From the NCBI GenBank assembly GCA_965153285.1, contig OZ229122.1: 64,000 nucleotides of DNA. One strand, 5' to 3'. Numbering within the stretch: position 1 is the stretch's first letter; each line of letters opens with the position of its first letter. Shown here piece by piece: positions 36,501 through 50,814 of this stretch. This stretch comes from Podarcis tiliguerta. Taxonomy: Eukaryota. Both the position numbers and the translations under genes were made by a program. Below the pieces are notes generated by a model that did no database searches, was not told where the DNA came from, and saw only the letters and a list, made by a program, of their open reading frames with translations.

Positions 36501-38357
36501 GCCAGCAAGCAGTACAGGCAATTCCCAATTTACATGGGGGTTACATTCAAAGGCACTGTGTATTAAAGTGAGATTGTGTATATTTGAAACACCATTGAAA
36601 AAGCCTGCAAACAACTTGGACAAGCCTTCCAATGGACATGGGTTATCAGTGAGCTACTAGACCAAATTCAATGTGTTCATATTATCATATGAAACCCTAA
36701 ATAGCCTGAAACCCAAATACCTAAAAAGAGTTCCTTCAACCATCTCAGAGTCTATGGTGGCTTTGGTGGTGATGAAACTGAGTGCAACGCATTTGGAAGT
36801 GATCCTGACGAAGGGTTTTCCATGGTGGTTGCCCATCTGTGGAATGCCTTCCTAGTGAGGTCTATCTCTCTCTCCCCCATGACTGTCTTCCATCAACAAC
36901 TGAAAAACATTCCTGTTTACCCAAGCATTTCATGACTTTAAAAAAACTGTTCCTAGAGATACTGAAGTCACTGGCTGAGAATGATTTTAATTGTTTTTAG
37001 AATGTTTTTAACAGTTTCTTTAAAGAATGTTTTAGAGCTGATTTTAGTTCTAGTTTAGAGGACAGGACCTAGAGGAGAGTGAAACTTATTTCCAGTGATA
37101 TTCTTGTTATCTTATGCAATACAGTGAAGCAAGAAATATACAATAATATGGACCTTGTTGAAGCAACTGACAACAGTGCATTTTTATTATCTGTGATGCA
37201 TAAATACAATAGAAGAACATCTGTCATAAACAGATGAAAACAGAGAAGATATTTCAAGTGAAAAGTACAAAAGGGAGCTTTACAGGCTTCAAAAAACTAA
37301 CGCATATTTGAAAGCAATTCACTATATATACTATATATCTCAGACTAACTAGTGCATGGTACTTGGCAGCCAATTCACAAATAACTTTTTTAAAAAATGT
37401 AGACCCCTATAATGTTGTGCCTGTGTGTTTTTGAATTGAAAAGTATGATAAATATTAACTATGTTTACAAATACAGGTATTACATGCATACCCTTTTTAG
37501 AGTCAGGTTGTGGTTCCCTGTCCAGCTTGCTTTACTTTTCAAATGAAAGTGTTAAAACATTTGAGATTAAGAACGAGGAAACAAAATACGGAAAAAAGAG
37601 ATATGGGGCAGTAACTAAATAATAACTATAATATACAGTGTTGTTATCCTGCACAAACAGTATAGAAATGGATTGTAGGCATTCAGCTGATTTTGCTGTT
37701 ACTGTTGCTGGCTTCTGATCTGATTTCACTTTGATGTAAGCTCTTACCCATCAATCCCTTAATATTGAAGATGAATATGATGTAAGCAACCTCTGTACTT
37801 CACACAGTCACAGTTACGGTTATGGGGTTTTTAATAGACTTTTGATTGATTTGTACATCTTATTGACTTTTTATAGCTATATTCTCAAAATCAATAAAGA
37901 TATATTAAAAGAAAGAAAAAAATACACAGTAGTCATTCCTTTCAATGGTGATGGTGGAGGAAAACATACTAGTGGTTTCTGCCCAACAATTTAATATAGA
38001 AAGCATGACCAAAAATGCAGGATTGCACAATTATGTGTTCTCTACTATTATTCTCTTAATATATTACAGAAGCAAGAGAAAATAAATGCTGCCTTACACT
38101 GGTTCATCTATCAAGATCTGTGTTGGCGGTTCTGTGAAAGAGAGGTCATTGTAGAGGAAGAAGACCTGGGAAACAATTTCACCGATAACAAGTTTACCTG
38201 GCTGGTAAAATGCATGAGGTATAGGTAAGGGATCATCATAGATGCTGCAATTAATAGAATGTGCCTGGCATACAGTAGGGCACAGCAGTACAAGTAGCAA
38301 AAGCATCACCATCATGAGCTTGTGAGCATAACATTGCTTCCAAACATAGATTCCCAT
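30505..38357 (-). CDS. V2R gene D, complete, ~888 aa; exons 38098-38357, 36042-36333, 33626-34486, 32712-32939, 32139-32265, 30505-31403
   Basis: V2R VFT, CRD and 7TM motifs; spliced length 2667 nt in frame; GT-AG introns. Confidence 0.94.
34570..35426 (+). mobile_element. CR1 LINE 3' portion
   Basis: [22 protein letters not shown]...[13 protein letters not shown]...[11 protein letters not shown] and a CR1 3' UTR with gattct tail. Confidence 0.92.
36650..37050 (+). mobile_element. Old L2-like 3' fragment
   Basis: Degenerate ggtggttgcccatctgtggaatgccttcc...ctgaaaaacattcctgttt. Confidence 0.5.
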
Positions 38358-38949
38358 GTTTCCATTTACAACATTATATGTAGCTATTATCTGTTTTGCT
38401 ACAGCTTCCCTTGAATGATGGATGATTCTGTCTCTATGCTGATTAGCAGAAGGACTTCTTTGAGAATCTGTGAAGCAGCACTCTGTTCTCAGAACTAATA
38501 ACGGTGCCTTGTCCATCAGTGTCCCTGATCAAGGTATTCTCTTTATCTACTCAGTTTATCCTCCAAGACTCACTGAGAAGTATGTTTATTTCTAAGCCCT
38601 CATCTGTTCAGGTACGTATACCAATAAGTTTGCTTTGGTCTGCAAAGGGGGAAAAAGTATGCTCTTAAGGTTTTCCAATCCACTTATCCAAAGCAGAATA
38701 AGATATTAAATAATATAAGCTATATTATGATTCAACAACATGTGTGTGGATGCCTGCATATGTATATGTTTTTGTATCTAGCCAAGGAGGTTTGATTTTT
38801 TACAGTAAGAAACTTTGAATTGGAAAGTTAATTGGACAAGGATACTCATGGAATTTATTTATTATTATTATTATTTAAAAAACTAGGGCTTAATCAGCTG
38901 CTGAAAAAATATCCTAACATGTATAGAGGAAATGAAAACCCAAAAGAAT

Positions 38950-39150
38950 GACAGAGTCCTGCCTATGTCTAATATACAACTTTGTTGATGGTTTCTTATG
39001 CCTCTCCTCATATGCAGGTTGGGCTCTGGATGTCTGCTGTGTCAGAGGATAGATACCAGTAATTCTGACAATGATAGGGATTATTATCATTTCCCTTGTG
39101 TGCTGTTGTCATTTCAAGTTGCCTTGTGCATTCTGAAACTGCTAGGAGTC
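38950..39150 (-). promoter_or_regulatory. Conserved upstream element of gene D
   Basis: Homologous block; CATATG at 39009-39014, gtcagaggat, acaatgataggga. Confidence 0.5.
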
Positions 39151-39457
39151 CCACTGCCCTGAATATTACAACTATTATTTTCTCCTTTGACATATGATAA
39201 ACAGTTATTGAAGCACAAAATAATGAAATTGTAGAACTGTAGAGTTGGAAGGGATCACAAGGGTCATCTAGTCCAACCGCCTGTAATGCAGGAATCTCTT
39301 GGTGAATTTTAGCACCAATCGTTATGTTTCCTGGATGAAGGAAGTGGGACTAATATAAAATCATATTGGTATGATATTGGTATGATTAAAAGCTTGCAGT
39401 CATGGGTAATTGGTTATCTCTGAATGAGGAAGGTCAGGTAGAACCAAATTATTGTTG

Positions 39458-40440
39458 AATCATAGAATTGTAGAAGAGATTCCAAGGGTCCAAGTCCCTT
39501 CAAGGCAGGAATCACAGTTAAATTAATCCTCACAGATGGCTATCCAATTTCTGTTTAAGAAGCTCCAATGAAGGAACGACCACCATTTTCCACAATAGTG
39601 GAATAAAGTATCAGACAGCTCTTTACTGTCAGAAGGTTCTTTCTAATGTTGGGTTGAATTCTTTCTTGTAATTCGAACCCAATGGTTCAGGTCCTGCCCT
39701 CTGGAGCAGCAGCAGGAAACAAGTTTGCTCCATCATCCACGAGACAGCCTTTCAGATATTTAAAGGTGGCTATCATATCCCCCTCTCAGTCTTCTGTTCT
39801 CTAGGCTAAGCATACCCAACCCCCCATTGTTCCTCATAAGGCTTGGTTTTCAGACACTTTATCATCTTTTTTTTTTTAAAAAATAAAGTAATATTTATTA
39901 ATATGAACAACAAAATGTAACAATACGCCAAAACAAAAGAGAAACAATTCCAAATCTTACAGATTAAAACACGAAACAAAGAATGAAAGAAAAAGAAAAA
40001 AGAAAAAAATGAAACAAAGAAAAAGGACAAAGAAAAAAGAAGACAGACATATTCCCAACACCGTATTCATCGTTACATAACCAAAGTTGATAAAACAAAG
40101 ACTTCCACCGACCTCACAACACTTCATTTCATTCTCATTATATCTTTCTGTATTTCCTTATTATCTCAATCCTAATTTATTTATGTATATATATGTCAAT
40201 ATTCCTTTCCCTTTCTATTCATGAGGTCGACACTTTATCATCTTGGTTCCTGTCCTCTGCACACCTTTCAGCTTGACAATATCCTTCTTAAAATGTGGTG
40301 CCAGAACTGGACACAGTACTGCAGATGGGGCCTGACCAAGTGATAGAGTGATGTTATTACACTGGACACTATATTTCTGCTTTTGAATTTTATAATGTTG
40401 ACTCATGTTAAGCTTATGGTCTAGTAAGGCTGCTAGATTC
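39458..40440 (-). mobile_element. CR1 LINE fragment interrupted by an L1-like tail
   Basis: gaatcatagaa tail and CR1 RT-end sequence on both sides of the insertion. Confidence 0.75.
39869..40228 (-). mobile_element. L1-like 3' UTR/poly(A) insertion
   Basis: Poly(T) on the plus strand; 16-bp TSD gacactttatcatctt (39853-39868 / 40229-40244). Confidence 0.75.
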
Positions 40441-40789
40441 TCATAAAGCAGCAGATTCATTTATGTTAATTTCAAGAAAGAAGGTAGAAAGTTGAAACAC
40501 AGCAAAATTAATTAATATTTTAGCAGTTTGACCCAGAGTAGAAGGCAAGTTGTTTCCAGATTCATCATCAATATTTCATAATGGGAAACTTCCCTCACTA
40601 TAATAAGAATTAATTTATAATAGTAATTACTTCATATTTATATACAACTTCCAGCTTCCAAAGAACTCAAATCAATATAATACTCTTTTTTTCTATTTTT
40701 TTCATTAAGTGACCATGGAGCTAGGTTTGCAATTAATGACATGCCTATTCATTGTTGTTAGAATGTGTGTAATATGCAAAACAGAATGA

Positions 40790-41035
40790 GTGTACCTAGT
40801 ATTGGAAGAATATAAATTCAAGCACAACGAAAGATCAATAAGCTGAAAAATGATCAATCTGATTGCATTGAATTTCCTAGGAAGGGAAACTGTGATGAAG
40901 CCAGGGAATTCATATAGCCCAAGACAAGACAAGACAAAAGACAACAAAAGAAAAGATGTAGCATTGGAACCCTCATTACATTATATTATATTGTAGTACT
41001 TTTCCAATTCACTGTATGCATGTGGAAATGGACAG
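40790..41035 (-). pseudogene. Degenerate V2R exon-6 relic (PFP..MHS..CNEG..LGYM..FN region)
   Basis: Minus strand reads ccatttccacatgcatacagtg...tgtaatgagggttcc...cttgggctatatg...cctaggaaattcaatg, matching exon-6 ECL2/TM5/ICL3 with frameshifts. Confidence 0.7.
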
Positions 41036-41352
41036 AAACTTCTTAAGAACATGATATCTGGTAAAAATATAAATCACTGCCAGAATGCTTACAGAAGCAT
41101 TACTTTACAAATAGCCACAGAAAAATGAGAACAGGCAAAGCATTTTTTTCACCCATACTTGGTAAATGCCACACATTGTGACTCAATTTCTCCTTAGGTA
41201 TGGGGGTAGGAAGGAGTCAGTGGAGCACTGTATACTGTGTTAGAGCAAAACCATGGTAGGAGGTACAATGGAGGTACCAAATGTCGGCATAACTCTATTC
41301 ATAGGAATTTGAGAAGGGATGCTTAGTTAAGATCCCTAGCATTGGCATTCCC

Positions 41353-41354
<2 letters not shown>

Positions 41355-41398
<44 letters not shown>
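41355..41398. repeat. (TA)n microsatellite ~20 nt after the gene E stop codon
   Basis: Read directly. Confidence 0.95.
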
Positions 41399-41401
<3 letters not shown>

Positions 41402-41417
41402 GAATAAAGACACAGGC

Positions 41418-44400
41418 TTATATTCTATCACCTTTTCTTATTATTAGTTGCTCCTTGTTGTTCAGCTGAGGCCTCAGCAGAATAATGTAGCATTTTGGGG
41501 AAAAGATGCAACCCAGTAATCCAGCACCAGAAGACAAGATGGAGAAGATCTCCACGGCCACCATGTATTTTCCTTTGGTGCTCAGGTAGGTTGGAACAAA
41601 GGATAACCACACACTGCAAAACACCAGCATGCTGAAAGTGATAAATTTGGCTTCATTGAAACTATCGGGTAACTTCCTGGCTAAGAAAGCCACAATAAAG
41701 CTGACAATGGCCAGAATGCCCATATAGCTCAAAACACAGTAAAACATAGAAGGTAAGCCCTCATTACATTCCACAATGATTTGCCCTTTCAGTGAGTCCA
41801 TGTCTTTATCAGGAAATGGGGGAGATGTACTTAACCAAAGAGTACAAATTCCTGATTGAATGAGGGAGCAGGAAAGGACAATAGAATTTGCTAGACCTTT
41901 CCCCACCCATTTCCTCATTCTAGATCCTGGTTTGGTTGCCATGAATGCCAGAACCACAGTGATAGTCTTTGCCAACACAGAGGAAAGGGCCACAGAAAAG
42001 ACAATGCCAAAAGCTGTTTGTCGGAGAAGACAAGTCACCTTTCCAGGCTGTCCAATGAAGAGCAAAGCACAGAGGAAGCAAAGGAGAAGAGAGATGAGGA
42101 GGATGTAGGTGAGCGTTCGGTTGTTGGCTTTGACTATGGGAGTGTCCTTGTACTTCATAAAAATTCCAAGTACTAAACTTGTGATCAAACAGAAAGAAAT
42201 CGCCAATATAGTTAAGATGATCCCTAAATCATCTTTGTAAGAGAGGTAGTTTACAATCTTGGGAGTGCATTGACTTTGGTCCTTGTTGGGATACTGTTCT
42301 TTTGGACATTTGACACAGGCATCCATGTCTGAGGGGGAAAAGGGAAAAGCTGCTTAGATTTTGTTAGTTCAAACCTGTAAAATGGGGGGTGGGGAGAGAG
42401 AGCTGTAACTCAATGGTAGAGTATCTACTTTGTATGCAAAGGGACCCTGGAAAAGACTCCTGCTTGATATCCTGGAGAACCACTGCCAGTGAGCTTCCTG
42501 GCTTCATAGGCTCCAATCTGAAGCAATGCCATCCTATAACGTGAAAGTGTTTCCTTTTGTTTCCTTTTATTTGCAGTTATTTGACCAACTCTAAGAGAGA
42601 CGACTGGCATAATCACATAGAACAAGCAATAATTCATTATTATTAGCTTTTGTGCTTCCAAACGTTTTTGTGGTTTGTGCTGTGCTCTTGTCTTTACTGT
42701 CACAGGTGAATGCTAGCCACTACAGGTGCAGGAAGGGCCACAAGAATGGACACTGAGGCTGGTATTGGGTTGAATCAGCCCACAACTTTTATTGATGACA
42801 GGAAAGAGTAGGTTTGGCTAAGGCTGTGCCAAAGATGGTGGAGCCCTTGGACCCACTATGGCCGTGTAATGTAGCAAAGGCTGCCCACCCAGGGCCCCAG
42901 GTGAGCAGATATTCTGTCTTAATCCTCATCTGTAATGTGGTTATAATAATAACCTATATTACACTGATATAGGAATACTATTCACATTTACCAGTATCCT
43001 CATCATCATTATGATTTGGAGCATATTTGTCCTATTGACTATCTGATACTGTTACACACATTTTAAATTTTTTTAGGTGGATTCTGTTTTGAAATGCCGT
43101 TGTGAAACCACTTCACGTATATTCAAGGAATAATCATTCTCAAATAATTATGAATATTTCTTCATATCTTTACATTATATCTCCTACCCTTCTCATGAGA
43201 GATCATCCCTTCTGGACACAGAGCACAGTCATAGCAGCAAAATTTCTCTCCTTCTTTCTTTTTCCTGCTGTAGCCAGGATTGCAATTTTCATTGCACACA
43301 GACAAGGGCAGCACCTGCAAAGAATAATAAATTGGCAATAAAACATTAGCCTCTTCAGTAATTCACCTCCATGTGATTAGAATAGCTTGGCAGGAGACTC
43401 CTACTCAATCATTCTGTAGTGTTCACTTCTTACTACTCTCCATGTGCTGAGGGCTGAATGTCTTGCATTGGGGAGCCTTCTCTACCTGTATTGGATCCCC
43501 ACATGATTCAGAATCCTGATGTGTACCTGTAGTCAACTCCCAGGATGTAGATGTAGAGGGTGATGGAGGATCAATGTGGCCATGATTAATGGGCTGGGAT
43601 GAAAGGGCTTATCTCAGACCTGAGATTCTACCGCTGCATGTAGTCATCATTTAACATACATTTAATCACACAATTTCTCCTAAAGAATCCTGGGGTGTTT
43701 GATTTGACCCTCACAGATCTACAATTCTCAGCACCCTTAGGCTGATCTCATAGATCTTTTGCCCCATATGTTAGCCTATGATATGTCTTTAATTTTGTCC
43801 TCTAATCCCTTTCCCAGCTCAGTTGCAGTCCCTCTACATTTCCCTCACCAGTTCAGTACATTTTTAAAAAATCCTTTCTTATCCTGACTGAGCCCTAACC
43901 ATCAGGCTCAACGTAAAATGAGTTAGATGTATAGTCACAGTTTGTTCTAACACACTGTTGTTTTTGCATATTTGTTTGACAGAAACTGACCTCACTCTTT
44001 CAAAAAAGAATGATTCCATATATCCCCCCCCCCCTTTAGGCAAATTTATTATGACCTTATAATAATATAATATAATTAATATAATATAATATAATTGATT
44101 TTTACAAAGAAGGGAAGGAACTACATCTAGAAAGTTGAATAGGTTGAAATTGAACTTTTAAAATGTTTGAGCATCTGCAGTCTCACCTGATTAAAGCTAT
44201 GATGCCACACAATTTGTTCATCATGAATAGATAACTTTGTGCCCTGGGGAGCCTGAGGTTCCAGTCTTCCAATTTTTACTCTAACCACTGAGCCATTAGG
44301 GAACATTAGCCAGTTTGTAATATCAAAGCCTGAAACTAGTTCTCCATTGTCATCAAAGTGCACAATGTCTCCAGCACTGCTGTTAAATGAGACCCTCTTT

Positions 44401-46982
44401 AGATGTTGATGGACCTAGATAAAAAGGGATTATAAACAAAGCTACAAAAACACACACCATTGAAATCATTTCAAGGAGCTTCACAAAGGAAGCCCTATTC
44501 ATTTTGGGGTTAATACATGTGACAACTTAATGTTTCTATTTGAATTTACAAAAAAGAAAAGATAATGTTGAACAGTTTGGGTGGAGTTGGTTTTGTGTAG
44601 ATTTAAAATCCTCTTTCATTTTGCAGGAAAAGCTGGACTTCTTTTTTCAAAGTGTTTATTTGCAATTACCTGCCATGGTTGCACATTCTGGGGGAAAAGT
44701 CTGTCTCTTTCTTCCAATCTTCTGTGTTTGGAATGGGATTTATATATAGCATGAAAAGTATGTGCCACAGCATAGACAGCATTGTAGACATTGTAGCTGT
44801 GGCCAGTCATCTTCATTTCAAACAGAATTCCAGAAAGGTTCTGTAGATTCTCCTCTCCAGTGCAGACTTTCTCCTTCCCTTCCCGTTTAGACACGTTTAA
44901 TGAACAGCTGAATGCCTGTTCCCAGAAGTCCTGAATAAAACCATCTCCTTTAAACCAGGAAGGTCTAACCATCCGAATGAACTTTTGGAATCCTTTGGGC
45001 TGATTTGAGTGAATTGTGAAGGAAATGGAACCATGAAAAGTTTGTATATCCCATATCTTTTGAACAGATAGTGATGCAAAATCCCACTGTGATGTAATAA
45101 TCCACACTTTATTAATAGGAGGCATTGGCAAGAAGGGTGCTAGAAACAGCAATATCCTCAAAACTCGAAAGGATGGATATTCTCCATATATGAGCAATAC
45201 ATTGACATTTCTTTTGATGACAGTTACATAGCTTTTCCATTGCTTTATAAGCATAGCAATATATTCATCTACATAAGAGTATTTTGGTAGTCTTACAATG
45301 AAGGCATGACAGATACCATTCTGAGAAAGCATTGGCACTATTTTCTGTAAAAACTTGTCCCCTTTGTCATCATCCACAGCCACAAGCCCAATCCATGTCC
45401 ATCTGAAATGCTGAAGTAACTTCACAACTCCTTTGTGCTGGTGAGCTTCATTTGGTACCATCTGGTACAGAAAAGGGAATAGTCTTTTGTCTTCCTGTGT
45501 TGTCAAAAATGTTCCATAAGTGAGCTGAAATAAAAAAAAAATTTCCCAAATCATACAGTCATAATGTGTGGGGTTCTTTAATGCCACCCTGTGTGATGCA
45601 AGAACTAACTGTCTGAAAGCCTCCCTCTGCTAATTGATTTCATCAATTAACTAATTTTACTATTAATAAATTTATCCCAATATTCTATTTCAGTCCTTTG
45701 TGGTACTATGAATATTTGAAGAATGCTATAATGTTCTCCATTAGTCTAATTTTCTGCAGACTTCATATAGAATTTTTTTTCTTGAAGTACTTATTTCTGA
45801 GAGCAATGCCAACCTTTCCTGCACTGCTTCCAGTTTGTTTACATCCATTTTATAGTTCAGAACCAAGACCCAGAAACAGTAAGCCACACACCCCTAGAGA
45901 AAAGACTTGTGAGATACTGTATGTAGTGAGGTAAAATCACAGCTGAAACAGCACCTGTTTTCTCCACCCTGCATTTGTCAGGGCAGATCCTTGAAATCCC
46001 ACAGAGACCCCTTGAGACAGGCACAAATTCAAGGTATATTCTATGAATTAGAAACTATGTTTCTGTTTACTGTACTTAGTGCTGCTGGAGACTTTCTGCA
46101 ACTATATTGACACTGCCGACTCAAATTTAGCTTGAAATAAATTTTAACCTGGAGATCCCTTTCACATTTACTGCTGCCAAAGCAGGTACAATAAAAGGTA
46201 AAGGACCCCTGGACATTTAAGTCAAGTCACAGGCGACTATGGGGTGCAGCGCTCATCTCGCTTTCAGGCTGAGGGAGCTGCCGTTTGTCCACAAACAGTT
46301 TTCTGGGTCATGTGGCCAGCATGACTAAACTGCTACTGGCGCACGGAGGACTGTGATGAGTGCCAGAGTGCACGGAAACACCATTTACCTTCTCGCCGCA
46401 GCAGTACCTATTTATCTACTTGCACTGGCGCGCTTTCAAACTGCTAGGTTGGCAGGAGCTGGGACAGAGCAATGGGGCCCAATATTAATTTTTGGTCTGA
46501 TCTGGGAGGACTCTTCTGAAGTTGTTCAGTTAACTGTTATCCAGAAAGCATTGAATTCACCTGATTGTACTACCTTCTAGTATGCATTCAATTAGCTTGC
46601 TAAGCAAAATATCACAGGGAATGTTTGGCTGAAATCAAGATGATGTGTAACAAATATGAAAGCTTTATGCCCCATGCACACAGCTGACCTGTGGAGTCTT
46701 GTGAATGGCTGAAATTATGGCCACATTGGTAGAAATTTCAGAGATGCATCCTCCAATAAGAGCTATCAGATTGCTCTTCTTGTGACAATTGAAGTTGGGG
46801 GCAAACCTATGTTGTGACGAAAGCAGGCTCAGAGTGGCCTTGTAGGTCATCTTTGTAGAGTAGTAGCTATTGAGGATGTGAAATCCTAGGGAAATGTTTG
46901 ATAAAATGTTGGGATTCTCATTGATTTCTTTGACAGCAAATGCTAAGGCCAGGATGTGCTGAAAGTTCTTAGGCACAGATCT

Positions 46983-47026
<44 letters not shown>

Positions 47027-48237
47027 TTATTTATACCCTGCCCTCCCCGGGCTGGGCTCAGGGCGGCTAACACCAAATAGAAAATAAGAGTTAGAGTAAA
47101 AAGAAAAACAACCATGAAACAACTATGACAATAACAAATGTATTGTACTCATCTGCATGCTTTCAAGTATCAGCTTAAAACCATAAGGTATTCTAGTTTA
47201 AAGAAATGTAACTTGGTGAAATTAAGAAAGTAAGACACTGTATCTGAAATAGCAAGAACTAAATTTTTGCAATATTTTGGAAGAGTAAAAGTGCTTTGGA
47301 AACTGCTCCCTGCTGCTATTGGAGTAATTTCCTTGGCACAGAAACAATATCATCAAGATAAAATAAAAAGTAGCACTTTAATAATGCACTTTTATATTTA
47401 AAAGTATGAATAACAAATGGGGTCATGTTTGCAAATCCATTAGGAAGTCGCTTTTGATTGCATGTTTCCCCTCCAGAGCGTTTTAAGTTGTAGAAACAAA
47501 GTCAGGTTTGTGCTTTTGTAAAATGGGAATAGGCTGGAAACAATTGGAGGAATGAAACATGGCGGCATTTATAAAATATAATATGAAATCCAATATTGAA
47601 AGAGTCAGAAGATTGGAAGTGCAGGGAAGAGGGTATATATTGTGGCAAAGGATGAGAGGAAACAAAATGTGGAAAGAGTAGGAGTAACATAATATAACAA
47701 GAGCACACTCTACTATGTTGTTATTCTGCAGAAATCCTACAGAAATGTACACGATCTATTTATTTCTGTGAAGTGTCTGGTGGAAAGGCTTTTAGTGATT
47801 AATTAACAGGAACATAACGCAGGGACATAATGCAGAAAGCAAAAATAAACAGTAGTCCAAATACTGTGGGGATACCACTTTTTCACACAAAGTAAAAATA
47901 GTTACTTAATCACAAAGCTGCATAATGGTGAATGTCACATGAACTTATTACAGAAGAAGAAAGAAATGTTTCCTTACATAGGTTCATCAATCAATACATG
48001 TATAGGCTGTTCCTCAAAAGACAGGCTATTATAGTGAAAGTAGACTTGAGAAACAATCTCACCGATGACAAGGTCTCCTGGCTGGTGAAATTTATCAGGT
48101 ATAGGGAGGGGATCGTCAAGGGTACTGCAGTTAATAGAATGTGTATTGCCTACAGTATGACACACCAGTATGAGCAGCAACACCACCACCTGTATAATCC
48201 CATTGACAAAGGATGCCCTCCAAATATAGATTTTCAT
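41418..48237 (-). CDS. V2R gene E, complete, ~890 aa; exons 47978-48237, 46689-46980, 44670-45524, 44187-44414, 43188-43314, 41418-42328
   Basis: V2R motifs; exon 5 read by hand as [36 protein letters not shown]; spliced length 2673 nt in frame. Confidence 0.94.
42396..42492 (+). mobile_element. Degenerate tRNA-derived SINE
   Basis: gctgtaactcaatggtagagtat A-box-like head followed by cctggagaaccactgccagt. Confidence 0.45.
46194..46478 (-). mobile_element. Sauria SINE (5'-truncated)
   Basis: aaaggtaaagg tail; body matches the reverse complement of the other Sauria copies. Confidence 0.85.
46984..47083 (-). mobile_element. Retroposon 3' tail with (TTA)n microsatellite abutting the gene E exon-2 acceptor
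   Basis: tgttagccgccctgagcc...gggtataaataaa(tta)n; same tail family at ~55410-55500 and ~58975-59050. Confidence 0.75.
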
Positions 48238-48727
48238 GCTTCCACCTACAGCATTATATATGGCTTTTATCTGTTTGGCTACATAGTCACTTGAATGGTG
48301 GATGATTTTGTTGTTGTTAGGGAATCTCTGCATTAGTATCTTGGTCATTGACACAATGGCTCCTTTTTTTGTCAGTTTCCCTGATCAGAACATTCACTGA
48401 TTTATACTCTAAGCATGAGTGAGAAGTATAAGCTTTTACTACTCTTTTTCTCTTTTCAATATCTTTGTTTTTATCTATTCAGCTGCAGGCATCAATAGCT
48501 TTGTGGTACTATGCAAGAGTTACCTTCAGAATTCTCAAATTCTGTAAATCAGAATTGTTGTAAAAAATAATTGATGATGGAGATACCTGATGAAGAGTGA
48601 ACAAAACAATTGTCTAATAAGAGCATCAGGAGAAGGAATGAAGAACAGAGATACCCAAGATATACATATTTTTGGTTTAAAAATAATGGAGTCAGTTGAT
48701 GGAAACACGCTGAAACAACAATACGAT

Positions 48728-48925
48728 AGAGCTCTGTCAATGCCTAGATCCAGTTCTGAACAACACAAGGCTCTAATATCTCTTTTCAGATGTTCATTGT
48801 TGATCTCTGGATATCTTTTGCATAAGACAATGCAAACCAATATTTTTTTATAATGATAGGGAAGAAAATTGTTTCCCCAGTGTCCTGCTGGCTTCTGAAG
48901 TTACATCATGCATGAACAAAATGCT
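48728..48925 (-). promoter_or_regulatory. Conserved upstream element of gene E
   Basis: Homologous block; CAGATG at 48787-48792. Confidence 0.55.
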
Positions 48926-49841
48926 ACAACTCTCTCCCTCAATAGTCTACATCCTCCCCTCCGCCCTGTTTGCATGATGGTCAATAGTTGGTGGGACTCA
49001 GTTGACAGGACCAGGTTCCCTGTGTCCAGAACTTGACTTTAGTTCACCCACAGTTCATTCACATTTCACATAACTTGAAGGATGGTTACATCTCCTTTAA
49101 GAGACTGTGCCTAATTACTGAATGTCCCTTTTATTGTTATTGCTATTATTTTTTGTTATTATTAAAATATTTATGCAGTATTATTTATATGCATTACAAA
49201 ATATTAGTATGGGGATCCTATGCCTCAGGTCAAATGTAGCTTTCAGTTCTAGATGCTCTCCTCACACTTTAATGAATTTATCCAACCCTATGTTCTTGTT
49301 CTTCATTTGTCCTTCTGTTACAACTGCACTTTAGAAATTGTTTGGACCTTCTCTGACTTTGTGTTTACAGTCCTTATCCAAACTCTGTGGAGAAGTGATG
49401 TGAGTTGTGTTCTGTTTTAGACATGTCTGCATTTACTGCAGGGGTGTGGGGCCTTCTTCAGCCAGATGGCCACACTCCCATCTGGGCAATCTTTTGGGAG
49501 CCAGAGGCAAAAGAGAGCACAGCAATTAATGTAAATATTATTTTTGTACAATAGGCTGGTTTTTATATACATTCACACACCCCTCTTGACCCTCCATCAA
49601 GGTAAACAAGAGGCATTATCAAGCTTCAGAGACACATTCAAGCCAGGCAAAAACAAAAAGGAAGGGTGTGTGAGGAGTGTGGCCTTCGAAGCAAGACTTT
49701 TTACAGCCACCTCGGCATATCCTGAGGTTGGCAATTGCTGTCCTAGATCCTCCGACCTAGAATTGGGAACAGGTTGAGGGCATGGAATTGATTTTACAGC
49801 TCCAATGACACAGCATGGGGAGTTAGTTAAAAGTAATGGCT

Positions 49842-50206
49842 GGGACGCGGGTGGCGCTGTGGGTAAAAGCCTCAGTGCCTAGGGCTCGCCGATCGAAAGG
49901 TTGGCGGTTCGAATCCCCGCGGCGGGGTGCGCTCCCATTGGTTGATCCCAGTGCTTGCCAACCTAGCAGTTCGAAAGCACACTCCGGGTGCAAGTAGATA
50001 AATAGGGACCGCTTACTGGTGGGAAGGTAAACGGCGTCTCCGTGTGCTGTGCTGGCTCTCCAGATGCAGCTTTGTCACGCTGGCCACGTGACCCGGAAGT
50101 GTCTCCGGACAGCGCTGGCCGCCGGCCTCTTAAGTGAGATGGGCGCACAACCCTAGAGTCTGTCAAGACTGGCCCGTACGGGCAGGGGTACCTTTACCTT
50201 TACCTT
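49842..50206 (+). mobile_element. Full-length Sauria SINE
   Basis: gggacgcgggtggcgctgtgggt head, (ACCTTT)n tail, TSD taatggct. Confidence 0.92.
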
Positions 50207-50814
50207 TAATGGCTGATATTAAGATAGAATACATGTGCCGGTTTCTTCTGAAACTGATAGGTTGCCCAGAGAGACTTGTTTCACTATGATAGTAACATCT
50301 TCACTTCATTAACAGTTGTAGGGGAAGGAGAATAGGTACAATGTTCCTCTCCCATTTGGGAAAGATCTCCTCCATGCTACCCCATGCTGGCCCAATGTTG
50401 TAATGAAATATGGCCACAACTTTATTGATTACAGATGTCAGAAGGTTTGATGTAGGCATTGGAGGTATATCCTGAAATCAGTGAGCCAAATTGCTGGTTG
50501 ATGGTTAGATGATGGGGTTCAGCAAGATTAATTGTTGCCCTTTGAATTGCACTGCATCTGGGTGACCTACCAAGATCACCATGAGGGGATGCTAAGGCCT
50601 GTCAGCCCTTGAGCTGAGTATCTGCACATATAGCTAAAAAATCAAGTAGCAATCAGCTGGGGAGGAGGGGGCTTGTCTAGCAGAATGTAGGTGGGCAGGC
50701 ACACTGGGTGAAATGTGTGTGTCTCAGCTCTACTTGCAAAAATTCTCTGAGACATGTTTACTTGAACATACACCTATGCAAAATTTCTCAATATATCTCT
50801 GCCAGATCAACATA

